Below, in pieces: positions 13,763 to 29,469 of a stretch of DNA of 64,000 nucleotides. Within the stretch, counting starts at the first letter, position 1. Each line of letters starts with the position of its first letter. The notes below the pieces were generated by a model. That model ran no database searches, was not told the origin of the DNA, and saw only the letters and a list, made by a program, of their open reading frames with translations. The position numbers were made by a program, and so were the translations under genes. The DNA is from the human T2T-CHM13v2.0 reference genome, Homo sapiens, in the NCBI RefSeq assembly GCF_009914755.1, contig NC_060938.1; one strand, 5' to 3'.

Positions 13763-13880
13763 CTTGTGGTTCTCAACTGTGGCTAGCTTGTCCCAAATTC
13801 ACCCTAACTAGCATTTTCAAATAGTTAGGGAGGTAGTTAGGGAGCATTTGACAATGTCTGCCAGTATTCTTGGTTGTCTA
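13763..13880 (+). mobile_element. MER20 (hAT-Charlie) 5' part
   Basis: gtggttctcaac..catttgacaatgtctg..ttggttgtc. Confidence 0.65.
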
Positions 13881-14004
13881 TTTTTATGTCGTGTGTTTTC
13901 TGGAAAATAGGCATTTTCTCATGCATGTCTCTTTTCTTGGAAGATACGTCCTATTATCTGTTTTCAACTAACCTTTTCCTATTGAAAAATAACCAAGACA
14001 CAAG

Positions 14005-14190
14005 TAATTTTCAACTGGGAGTATAACAAAAGGAATCATGAAATATTAGGTCAAATAATTCTTTGTTGTGGAGATTTTAGATATTTAGCAAGCATCCCTA
14101 TGTCTTCCCCACTAATGCCAGCAGCACCTCCCTAGTCATGAAAATCAAAATGTCTCCAGACATTTACAAGCATCCTCTGGGTGGGGAGGT
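14005..14190 (-). mobile_element. MER20 (hAT-Charlie)
   Basis: ataattctttgttgtgg..tttagcaagcatccct..atgccagcagcacc..caaaatgtctccagacatt. Confidence 0.8.
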
Positions 14191-14369
14191 GGACTGAGGT
14201 GGTGGTGACCAAGGGGATGAGAGGAAGCACAGTCAATTTCACCGTTGGTGTAGGGAATTAAAAGGAACTGAGAAATGTAGTAACATTTTATAGATACAGG
14301 CCCTTGTATATACTACTGTGAAGAGTAAAGCCATTTTGCACTCTTAATCAGAAGGTTTAACAAATGCTC

Positions 14370-14790
14370 CTAACCTTTGAGATGTTAATTCCACTTCTAG
14401 GTAATCTGTTATAAGGAAATAATTGTAAAAAACAAAAACAAAAAACAAACAAACAAAAACTTTAAGCAGTTCAATGTCTAACATTTCCCTGAGGAAAAAT
14501 TAATTATAGAATAGCTACATCATGAAATATTAGGCAAACAATAGTATGTTTAAGAAGAGGTTCTTTTTTTAATGTTAAGTGAAAAAAAGTAAGTTGCTAA
14601 ATCACAATTACGTTAATAATACTCGGTAAACAAACAAACTAAACTAAAAGGAAAAACAGCAAAAATTTCAATAATATTATTTTCAGATTCAGGACAAAAT
14701 ATGGATATTTTACCCCTTTGTATACTGTATATTTTAATTTCCTTAAAAGTATACATAGAGTCAACATATTTTTTCTTATTTTTGAAAGTC
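14370..14790 (+). mobile_element. L1ME-type 3' fragment
   Basis: cctttgagatgttaattccacttctagg..aaggaaataat; tgttaagtgaaaaaaag. Confidence 0.55.
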
Positions 14791-16930
14791 TGAGTCAATG
14801 TAAAATACTAAAGGTGGAATCATTGGTAATGTCTCTCTGTAATGATGGATTGAGCATCGCAATGTTTTCTTCAACCCTCTTATGATATTGTTTTGAAAAA
14901 AAAATGTTGGTTCCATTGTTGGTATTCTGTTCATTGATAGAAAAGAGCAAATAATCAGTAGTTGGTTCTCCTTTTGCCCCAAAATTTGGCATCCAAAACA
15001 AACCACTGATGAAATCCATTTGCATTTGAATTATATCCACCCCAGAGCCAATTTCAGATCTCTTCCAAAAGCTTTTTATGTGCGATGTGAGTTCTTGTTC
15101 AGCTCGTTCCAATAGTGGGGCTCTCTTCAAAAAAATGACTTCCAGTTTAGCTGAGTGGGGGTAGGGCCTGCCAAGAGAGAGCCGTCACTTTATGAATATG
15201 AAACTTTCATAAAGAACACAGCTTCAGTAAGTTGTTCCTCAAAGGAAATGTTGATGGTGTAAGATTCCATAAATTAGAGTGCAAAGGTGTAGCTTCTGAT
15301 GTCTATAGGCAAATAGTTTTATAAAACATGCAAATGTATTCATTTGCTGTTATCAGATATTCCGTTTTCTAGATGATCATTTATAAACAACTTGAAATCA
15401 AGCAGAACAATGTTTAAAAACATAGTATTAATGTGTGGGAGTTGTTTTATAATGCATTGAACTTTTTTATGATAAATGGTAGGAAAAATGCTTGTAAAGG
15501 GTATACACACATAATTGCACATGCATAGACTTACACACACACCCCGGATGTAACCTGCTTCAACAAGCTACACTGGAAAATACAATTTCCTTTCTTTGTA
15601 ACCATACTTCATTTACTCAATGCAGTAGTACTTTGAAAACTGATCTTTTCCTTAGCTATGCTGAACTTGCATGTAACTGGGCACATCAAAATATCCATGT
15701 TTTTCTTTAATGCCAAGGAAAAGTGACAACATCCTTTCTTTGAGACTTTGATTAACAACGTCCTTCCCAGAACACCACCAGAGAAAGTTATTTCACTGAT
15801 GGGATGCAATGGTATGCTTCACATATGCCACTCTCCTGAAGATGCTGCCTAAGAAAATCAGAAAACTCTCTGAGAGAGTGGAGTAAGTCATTTTCCACAT
15901 GAAATTTTAGCCACTGCCTGAGTTCGTCACCCCTCTGAACATGGTGTGCAATCTGGTCATTTTCAAGGCAAACCTATTCATGGTGAGTCATTTTTCCCTC
16001 TCAATGTTGGGTTCTCTCATATGTACAACTGGCTGAGCAGTAAGAAGAAATGATACAAAGATGCATAATTATTCAATCTGGGTACAGTAATGGTTTTAGT
16101 GCACAGTTCAATCTTAATTTCTATCCAACCTTTCAAATTCAAGTGACTGCCTCTGCTTTTTTATATGTAGTTTCCCTTGAGTCCCACCCTTTTGTACAAA
16201 GATATTTGAAAAGAGGTGATTTCAGGGAACTTAGCACAGGAATGAAGGTCTGAGAGACTCATTATTCTAGACTAGTCACTATGAGCATTATACAAACACT
16301 CAATGAGCTCTTGCATTTAAAATGAAAAGCACATTGCTAATCTGATGTTTTATGCTATTTAATACATGAAACAACTTTGTAAAATTTACTTTATTATCCT
16401 CAGTTTACAGCTTGAGAAACTGAGGCACAGAAAGACACAAGTTCTCATAGCTGAGACAAATAGGATAAGCTGGAAATTTTAAGTAGAGTTTATTGGGTCT
16501 CTGGGAAAATTACCTAATGTCTCTGTCTTAGTTACAAAATCCTGAAATAATTTAGAGATTATAGCTCTTTGCCACCCCCTGCCCCAAAGTACAATTCTCC
16601 TCAGATCAACTGTGCAAGGCTTGTGCTGCACCTAATCTTATAACCAAATGCCTTTTAGCTTTATGGAACAGTATAACAATAACCCTCTTCAGGAACGTGA
16701 ACCTAATCTAACCCTACCACCAAAAATGTGGCACATGTACTATGCACTAAGAACATGCCTCCAAGAGAGTGTTTCAGAAGCAGAGAAGCTGGAGGTGTGG
16801 TTGAGGTTACACTGAAAAAGATCCACCGCGGAGGATGAAAATACACACGTTTAAAATAATGACTGACATCTCAGATATTTTAGATTGTCATGAGGGTAAC
16901 TTCAACTCTGAGGTAGGGTTCCCAACTTTT

Positions 16931-17255
16931 TTTTGTTTCTTTCTTTCTTTCCTTTTTTTTTTTTTTTTTTTTCAAGACTTGCAGTCTTGCTCTGTTGCCC
17001 AGGCTGGAGTGCAGTAGCACGATCTTGGCTCACTGCAACCTCCGTCTTCCGGGTTCAAGCAATTCTCCTGCCTCACCCTCCTGAGTAGCTGGGATTACAG
17101 GCATGCGCCCCCATGCTCAGCTAATTTTTATATGTTTAGTAGAGACAGGGTTTCACCATGTTGGCCAGGCTGGTCTCCAACTCCTGACCTCGTGATCTGC
17201 CTGCTTCGGCCTCCCAAAGTGCTAGGATTACAGGCATAAGCCACTGCCCCTGGCC
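16931..17255 (-). mobile_element. AluS (Sg-like)
   Basis: Poly-T followed by reverse Alu containing ctcctgacctcgtgatc. Degenerate TSD ggttcccaa.tt on both sides. Confidence 0.95.
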
Positions 17256-17651
17256 AGGTTCCCAAGTTCTATTCACAGAGTAAGCTCTACCAAATATGAA
17301 GTAGAGGTGTAATCATATCCACACATTCTTGCTTCCTTTATCTGTCTCTAGTAATTTCCTTATTCCCAAATTATTTTCACCAAGACATAAGGAATATCAG
17401 TGGTGCATCACTTGTAGAATATTTGCATTAAAAAATGGGCCATGTGATAAAGCAATTTTGGAACAAAGAAATACATCTCTAAAGCAGTGTGACTTTAGGC
17501 ATCACATTGGCATATTGGGGACAAGGACTTGCCCAGGGCCCCATAAATTACTACCTACTCAGACAGTGCAGTAGGACAGAGATTATTAGATTTTTCTATA
17601 TTCTTTTTCTCTAAAAACTGTCCTTAAGGGAGTTCTTGGGGCAAAGAAAGT

Positions 17652-17741
17652 ATTAGCCACTATGTCTTCATAATATAATTCATATAATTAGCCACTATAT
17701 CTTCATAATATAATTCATATAATTAGCCACTATATCTTCAT
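17652..17741. repeat. 35-bp tandem repeat, about 2.6 copies (ATTAGCCACTATATCTTCATAATATAATTCATATA)
   Basis: Units start at 17652, 17687 and 17722, with one mismatch. Confidence 0.95.
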
Positions 17742-18250
17742 CTCCAGCCTTCAAACTCCTCTGAGCTTCCGACTTATATGTGTAACTTTCCACTATTGGT
17801 CTTCACCTTAGTATTATATAGACACCTCAAATCCATGCACAAAACTGAACAGAATGTTTCTGCTCCTAAACTTGGCTTTCTCCTTGTTTCTCCTCTTCTT
17901 ACTGTGCCACACAAGAGTCTCCAACTCTTCCTATGCCCAAACTGATGTTTACCATCTCTACTCCTCAAAATTATCTCACACCCCACTGTTCCATCCTTGT
18001 TGCAAGGCCCTGATTTAAGCCTTCATCATCTCTCACTTGATTTTCTAAAAAGCCTCCTATGTAATGTGCTGTCAAAGTCACACTCCCTGAATCCATATCC
18101 TATATTGTTACTAGAGAATATTTATAAAATATAGCTAATCATGTTACTCCTCTGCTTGAAAATATTTACTCTAGAAGTCACTCCAAAATTCAAAGTCCTT
18201 GTGAGTCAAGGCACTTTAAAATCTGACCCTATCTACTTTTCTATCTCTAA
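17742..18250 (+). mobile_element. L2 fragment
   Basis: cacctcaaatccatgcacaaaactgaac; aagccttcatcatctctcac; atcatgttactcctctgcttgaaa. Confidence 0.75.
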
Positions 18251-19304
18251 CGGGCATACTCTTTATTTTCACAATTGCACACAAAACTCAGGTGTATAAA
18301 ATGCTAGGTTCATTTTTGTAGATTTGAAGCAAACTTACCTTTGAGCCACAATTTTCACTCTGTACTAAATCTTGAAATTTTAAAGTTAATTCGATCACTT
18401 CTGGATTTTTTCCCTGTCCTAGTTCAGTAATTTATTAGTCACTCCAAGTTTAAAGCTTAATATAATTTGGGACTTTTTTACCCCTCATTCAGGCCCTTTA
18501 GAGTGTTCTCTGTTTCCCCGTCTCTTGGTTTTGATTCCAAACCTCTGGGTGGTTCAGCAATTCCCTCCATGTGACTGTAGAGTAAGCAGCACATTCTTTT
18601 GGCTTCAGGGGCCATGCTTGGCACCTGTAGCTAAAGTCCTCATCCTGTCTGATTCTCAGCTGAGATGATGCCCAGTGCTTGTTGAGAGGTGGAAACTGGT
18701 CCATCTGTCACTCTTCCATTGACTCTTATGTGTATTTCTGGCATTTAAATTTTAACAAGGATACGGTTACATCCTTTTCCACTCTGTATGGGTGATCCAA
18801 ACCCCTACTCTGCATTGTGGTCTTCTGATTGTCATATTGGCTTTCCCTCCCACCTAATATATGGGTTTTACTCATGGCCTCAGAAGACAACAATATCTTC
18901 TCAAAGTCACATGGGGACCCACAGGAAGTTGAGGGAAAGATCTTCCAGATAGATATGGATGTTACCATGTCATCTACCCTTCATGCATTGGGTCCATCCG
19001 TGGAGCTGCTACACTCAAAAACTTACAGAAAGAAAGCTGGTTCCAAATATACCCAAATCTTGGGTCTCAATCTTATAGGCAAGTTTATTCTAGGAAATGG
19101 TATGAAGTACCAGGCTCCTCCATGGTTTCATTGTCTCCAAATTCTCTCTCTCTTCTTCAGATCAGAATCCTTTCACCCAGTTGGACAAGAACATGAGTAA
19201 GGTGGAGAAAATAATCCCTTGTCTGATTTCATCTTCCTACCAATCTATCAGTTGTGTGCACAGTGAGGAGATAGAAGTAAAACACAGCTATCGTCTTCAA
19301 TTTA

Positions 19305-20430
19305 AGACCTCTACATTGAAAACTAAAAAAAAAGTATATTCTTGAGAGAAATGAAAGAAGACTTAAATAAGTGGAAGGATATATCATGTTCTTCAAATGG
19401 ATGATTTCCAGTAGTGTACTTTATTCAACTGTGTCCTTCAAGATTGTTTTTCTATTCTTAGCTGTTTGACTTTTATATAAATATTACAATTAGATAATTA
19501 ATCTCTAAAAAAATCCTGCTGATAGTTTGATTGAAGTTTCCATGGTGCTTTCCAGCACCATTTCGTATATCAGACTTGTGGGCTTTTTTCGTCACACCAA
19601 CAAATGTCTCAACTCTCTACACACCAATTGAGCATCCTACAATTCAGTTCAGATCTGACACTATCTACCTGAAGTTAGCATTGGGTCCCAGGAGTCAACA
19701 AGTCATTCCTATAAGACTTTCCTCACTTCAGTCCCAGCCACAAGTCTCAGTTTGTCACCCATACTTCTGGGTGAACAACTATAAATTCAGGGGCTCTCAC
19801 AACCACCTCCTAGGGTTTGATAATTCGCTAAAACAAGTCACAAACTCAGGAAAGTGTTTGATTTACTATTGCTGGTTTCTTATAAAGAATACAACTCAAG
19901 AACAGTCCAATGGAAGAGTAAGATATGGGGGAGCAGAGGCAAAAGCTTCCCTGCCCTCTCCATGTGCCCCAACCTCCTACCACCTCAATGTGTTCACCAA
20001 TCCGGAAGCTCCATAAACCCCATCATTTAGGAGTTTTTAAGGAGGTTTCATCTGGTAAGCCTGATTGACCAAATAATTGGCCCTTGTGGGTGAGGCTGAA
20101 AGTTCCAATCCTCTAATCATGGCTTGGTCTTTCTGGTGACCAGCTGGCATCCTGAAGCTCTCTAGAGATAACCAGCCACCAGTCATCTTATTAGCATAAA
20201 AAGACACCCCTATTACTCCAAAGTATCCAAGAGTCTTAAGAATTGTGTGCTATCAATCAGGGAAAATCATCAAACATTTATTTATTTTTTGTTATATCAC
20301 AGAATTACATTAATTTACTGACCAATTTAGGGAAAATTAACATATTCACAATACTGAATCTTCCATAATGTTGAGTAAAAGAAGCCAGACAAAAAAATCA
20401 CATAATGTATGACCCACTTATATAATTTTT
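19305..20430. mobile_element. Ancient L1M ORF2/3' fragments with an internal inversion, interrupted by MER21
   Basis: + strand EDLNKWKDISC (19355-19390), - strand continuation at 19430-19535 and 20302-20365, + strand 3' piece from ~20366. Confidence 0.6.
19540..20301 (-). mobile_element. MER21 ERVL-class solo LTR
   Basis: tctgacactatctacctgaagttagca; gtgttcaccaatccggaagctc; gctgaaagttccaatcctctaatcatggcttggtctttctggtgaccag; ends tatcaca. Confidence 0.85.
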
Positions 20431-20609
20431 TAAAGTATACTTGTTTATTCCCCATTTTCTGTGCCTATTAGGCACTTTCATGCTTCTAAGCTTTGCACAT
20501 GCTGTCTCACTCCCCAACCTCATGATAATCTCATCATCCATCAAGGCCCACTAAAAATGTCACTGCATTTATGAAGTAAAGAACCAGAGAGCTATAAAAG
20601 AAAAACCTC

Positions 20610-21115
20610 TGGGATTGATTGATTGCATCAGTAGCCCGAATTCCTCATACCTTCCTAGGTGCTCACCTTTTGCTATGCCACATTGTAGTGTATTCCAGTT
20701 CTGCCTCTGGATCTGGCCGTGAGACTTTCCTTGGCCAATGAGATGTTCACAAACCTAATGTGAAGCAACGCTTTAAAACACTTGCATAATTGGGCTTTCT
20801 TCCCTCTTGACCTCTGCCACTGCCATAAGAACATGCCCAATTAACACATTAAAAGATGGAACCCTTAGGGATCAGAGCCTGGTAAACCAGTTGTCCCAGA
20901 TGAGGCCTGCTTAGATCAGCCATCTGACAGCAGATTTTTAGACATGTGAATGAGCTCAGCTAAGATCAGCAGAGCCACCTAGAAGACTTGCAGCTGACTG
21001 TAGATGCATAAACCAGGCCAACTGACATGATCAGCTTACCCCAGATCAGCAGAACCCTGCAGACTCATGAACTAAATGACTGTTTATTATTGTATACTGA
21101 TAAAAGTTTGTGTCC
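20610..21115 (+). mobile_element. MLT1H-like MaLR LTR
   Basis: ttggccaatgagatgt; gacatgtgaatgagctcagctaagatcagcaga; gcagactcatgaactaa. Confidence 0.75.
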
Positions 21116-22777
21116 ATAGATCATTGATGTTATCTAGAATTCCTTCTGTCTACTTAGTATTGAAATTCTATAAAGTTTGGTGTCTTGGGCTTTCACACAT
21201 TGTTCCTTGAAAATGTGGATAAAATCACTGGTTGTATTATATGGAACAAGAGGGAATATTTCTCTCTTGATGCATGGTTCTGTTTTTTAAAGACAATGTC
21301 TGTGTGGCAGGGCTGTGATCTGTAGGAGGTCACAAACAAGAAGGGAGAAGGTGGCCTTCATTAGTGAACCTTTTCGGGGGCAATCTTTGATCTCAGCAAA
21401 GATTAATGGATGGGAATTGAATTGCTTTGGAAACGTATTCTTGTTTTGCTTTCAATTCTCAGCTAAATCTGAGAAGACAAGTTAACTTGGTTGAAGATTA
21501 TAAAAGTATAAAAGATCTTCATCTTAGAAAAAGACCTGGGTGCAAATCCTGTCTGTGTTGCATTACTTCAGGCCAGTGCCCATAAAATAAGGACAATCTT
21601 ACCTATATCACAACTCTGTTGTAAGGATTATGTGAGCCACAGTCTTACCCCAGGAGGAGTCTTTTCTATCCTTCTGGTCACACAGCCAAAACAGGTGACA
21701 TGACCAGATTCAACAGCAATAACCAAAAGAATATAATAGAAACTAGGTACAAACTATCAGACTGAACACTTCTTATAAACAGGTTGTCCTTCACCTGCTC
21801 GGATGTTAGTACAAGGCTATATAAATCACCAGTTAGTACCTTTTATTCAGGTTTGGTCAAGAGTCAGAACTATGGCTCCAGGCCATAAGATAAGCACAGC
21901 ATTGCAACAGAGCAGCTGACATGAATTCTGTACCTACACAGTTCATTCTCCAAATCTCCACCAAACTGTCTTAATTATGAATCTCTCATCATCATTCTTT
22001 CTGAATCTTTTATGATATTTATAAACAAACATGGTAGACCCATAATAATTGAATAAATGCTATTCGAATACTGTTGTGTAACATGTTTAAAGAGAAGTTT
22101 GGCTGGTGGTTTGGTTCATTTTTTCCTACAACCTGCTTCAAGTCATCCCTGGTGTGCTGTTCCTTCTTTCAGAGTAAACACTTATTTGATGGTGATATGA
22201 TGGATAATGACAGCATGGTGGCATTTAAGAAGCTTATGCATAAATCTTTTATCCTTGTTTGAGTTGAGTATGAAATCACTCTCAGGAACAGTAATAAGTG
22301 GCAACCAGCATGTTGCTGTCCCATCAAAGGCCTATCATTCATGTAGCTAAACTCTGAGGTGAACTTTTGGGCACTCTGAGCCATTTTGGGAAGAAGTCGA
22401 GTATAATAAAGATGTTCTTCCTCTGAAATGATTCCACCAAATCAACTGAGGTCTTAACGATGTTTGTGTATGTATATGCGTGTGTGCGTGTGTATTTCTG
22501 TACTGACCCTTCTAAATAGAAGCATAGGTCCTTATCGCCCTGACCTCTCCCACACATATTTATAGATTTTTTTTCAATATAAGAAATAATTTTAGAAATC
22601 AATTTATTAATTTTGGAAAACATTAAATTGATTAATTTTCAGAAATTAATTAATTTGAAACATAATGTTTCAGTCAATGAATGACATCATGCAAATCTAT
22701 GGCTCTTCTCAGTCATCCCACTACCAAGAGAGAATGCAGAGGCTAGGGAGTGGCTGCCAATTTAAATGCTTTATGTG

Positions 22778-23813
22778 GAGGGGAGGAGCCAAAATGGCCG
22801 AATAGGAACAGCTCCGGTCTACAGCTCCCAGAGTGAGCGACGCAGAAGATGGGTGATTTCTGCATTTCCATCTGAGGTACCGGGTTCATCTCACTAGGGA
22901 GTGCCAGACAGTGGGCACAGGTCAGTGGGTGCAGCACACCGTGCGCGAGCTGAAGCAGGGCAAGGCATTGACTCACTCAGGAAGCGCAAGGGGTCAGGGA
23001 GTTCCCTTTCCTAGTCAAAGAAAGGGGTGACAGACGGCACCTGGAAAAACGGGTCACTCCCACCCGAATATGGCACTTTTCCGATGGGCTTAAAAAACGG
23101 CGCACCAGGAGATTATATCCTGCACCTGGCTTGGAGGGTCCTACGCCCACGGAGTCTCGCTGATTGCTAGCACAGCAGTCTGAGATCAAACTGCAAGGCG
23201 GCAGTGACGCTGGGGGAGGGGCGCCCTCCATTGCCCAGGCTTGCTTAGGTAAACAAAGCAGCCGGGAAGCTCCAACTGGGTGGAGCCAACCACAGCTCAA
23301 GGAGGCCTGCCTGCCTCTGTAGGCTCCACCTCTGGGGCAGGGCACAGACAAACAAAAAGACAGCAGGAACCTCTGCAGACTTAAATGTCCCTGTCTGACA
23401 GCTTTGAAGAGAGCAGTGGTTCTCCCAGCATGCAGTCAGAGATCTGAGAATGGGCAGACTGCCTCCTCAAGTGGGTCCCTGACCCCTGACCCCTGAGCAG
23501 CCTAACTGGGAGGCACCCCCCAGTAGGGGCAAACTGACACCTCACACGGCCGGGTACTCCTCTGAGACAAAACTTCCAGAGGAACGAGCAAACAGCAGCA
23601 TTCGCAGTTCACAAAAACCCACTGTTGTGCAGACACCGCTGCTGATACCCAGGCAAACAGGGTCTGGAGTGGATCTCTAGCAAACTCCAACAGACCTGCA
23701 GCTGAGGGTGCTGTCTGATAGAAGGAAAACTAACAAACAGAAAGGACATCCACACCAAAAACCCATCTGTACATCACCATCATCAAAGACCAAAAGTAGA
23801 TAAAACCACAAAA
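22778..23813 (+). promoter_or_regulatory. L1 5'UTR with internal sense promoter and antisense promoter
   Basis: Locally CpG-rich, with a YY1-type motif AAAATGGC near 22791. Promoter function is known for L1PA 5'UTRs; activity of this copy is not shown. Confidence 0.75.
22977..23231 (-). CDS. L1 ORF0 (antisense ORF), 84 aa, open
   Basis: ATG at 23231 gives MEGAPPPASLPPCSLISDCCASNQRDSVGVGPSKPGAGYNLLVRRFLS.., matching the primate L1 ORF0 peptide (MAGAPPPASLPPCSLISDCC..). Confidence 0.7.
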   Translation of the reverse strand: MEGAPPPASLPPCSLISDCCASNQRDSVGVGPSKPGAGYNLLVRRFLSPSEKCHIRVGVTRFSRCRLSPLSLTRKGNSLTPCAS

Positions 23814-24826
23814 ATGGGGAAAAAACAGAGCAGAAAAACTGGAAACTCTAAAAAGCAGAGCACCTCTCCTCCTCCAAAGGAATGCAGTTCCTCACCAGCA
23901 ACGGAACAAAGCTGGATGGAGAATGACTTTGACGAGTTGAGAGAAGAAGGCTTCAGATGATCAAACTATGAGCTACAGGAGGAAATTCAAACTAAAGGCA
24001 AAGAAGCTAAAAACTTTGAAAAAAATTTAGACGAATGTATAACTAGAATAACCAATACAGAGAAGTGCTTAAAGGAGCTGATGGAGCTGAAAGCCAAGGC
24101 TCGAGAACTACGTAAAGAATGCAGAAGCCTCAGGAGCCGATGTGATCAACTGGAAGAAAGGGTATCAGCGATGGAAGATGAAATGAATGAAATGAAGCGA
24201 GAAGGGAAGTTTAGAGAAAAAAGAATAAAAAGAAATGAACAAATCCTCCAAGAAATATGGGACTATGTGTAAAGACCAAATCTACATCTGATTGGTGTAT
24301 CTGAAAGTGACCAGGAGAATGGAACCAAGTTGGAAAACACTCTGCAGGATATTATCCAGGAGAACTTCCCCAATCTAGCAAGGCAGGCCAACATTCACAT
24401 TCAGGAAATACAGAGAATGGCACAAAGATACTCCTCGAGAAGAGCAACTCCAAGACACATAATTGTCAGATTCACCAAAGTTGAAATGAAGGAAAAAATG
24501 TTAAGGGCAGCCAGAGAGAAAGGTCGGGTTACCCACAAAGGGAAGCCCATCAGACTAACAGCAGATCTCTCGGCAGAAACTCTACAAGCCAGAAGAGAGT
24601 GGGGGCCAATATTCAACATTCTTAAAGAAAATAATTTTCAACCCAGCATTCATATCCAGCCAAACTAAGCTTCATAATTGAAGGAGAAATAAAATACTTT
24701 ACAGACAAGCAAATGCTGAGAGATTTTGTCACCACCAGGCATGCCCTCAAAGAGCTCCTGAAGGAAGCACTAAACATGGAAAGGAACAACCAGTACCAGC
24801 CGCTGCAAAATCATGCCAAAATGTAA
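23814..24826 (+). pseudogene. L1 ORF1p (RNA-binding chaperone), disrupted
   Basis: MGKKQSRK start. In-frame TGA at codon 49 (23958-23960), TAA at 24270-24272 and a frameshift near 24648. Confidence 0.95.
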
Positions 24827-24889
24827 AGACCATCGAGACTAGGAAGAAACTGCATCAACTAATGAGCAAAATAACCAGCTAACGTCATA

Positions 24890-28716
<3,827 letters not shown>

Positions 28717-29096
28717 ACAATGAGAACACATGGACACAGGAAGGGGAACATCACACTCTGGGGACTGTTGTGGGGTAGGGGGAGGGGGGAGGGATAGCAC
28801 TGGGAGATATACCTAATGCTAGATGACTAGTTAGTGGGTGCAGTGCACCAGCATGTCACATGTATACATATGTAACTAACCTGCACATTCTGCACATGTA
28901 CCCTAAAACTTAAAGTGTAATAATAATAAAGAAAAAAATGCTTTATGTGCAAACTTTTTGGGTTCTTTATCTTAATGTCAGCTCTCTGTTCAGTCTAATT
29001 TGCCACCAATTGTACAGCACATCAAAATTGAAAGTTTTTTTTAAGGGGGGTCAGGTAGCCAGCTGCTTCTAGTTTATTAATAAAGATTTCAAAGTA

Positions 29097-29434
29097 CAGT
29101 GGTTCTCCTTATCCATGGTATTGCTTTTTACTGTTTCAGTTACCCATGGTAAACCGTGGTCAGAAAGTAGGTGAGTACAGTACAATAAGATATTTTGAGA
29201 GAGAAAGAGACATAAACATAACTTTTACTACAGCATATTGCTCCAGTTGTTCTATTTTATTATTAGTTATTGCTGTTCACCTCTTACTGTGTCTAATTTA
29301 TAAATTAAACTTTACCATAGATATGTACATATAGGAAAAAAATACAGTATATATAGAGTTCAGTACTACTCGCATTTTCAGGCATTCACTGGGGGGTCTT
29401 GGGATGAGTTCCCCACAGTTAAGAGGGACTACTC
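29097..29434 (+). mobile_element. MER44A (Tigger7-derived MITE)
   Basis: TA TSDs flank CAGT..ttatcc / ..gggactact TIRs. Internal ggtgagtacagtacaataagatattttgagagaga. Confidence 0.9.
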
Positions 29435-29469
29435 TACATTATATTTCAGAAACATAGAAATGAGCACAC

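Noticed and set aside
14795-15130. 111-aa - strand ORF as a host exon
   Set aside because: Non-ATG start, no recognisable protein family, and no convincing splice-site pair.
17652-17741. 35-bp repeat as a CRISPR-like array
   Set aside because: The units are contiguous with no unique spacers, there are no cas genes, and the context is eukaryotic.
19531-20016. 161-aa ORF
   Set aside because: It lies almost wholly within the MER21 LTR and is a chance ORF.
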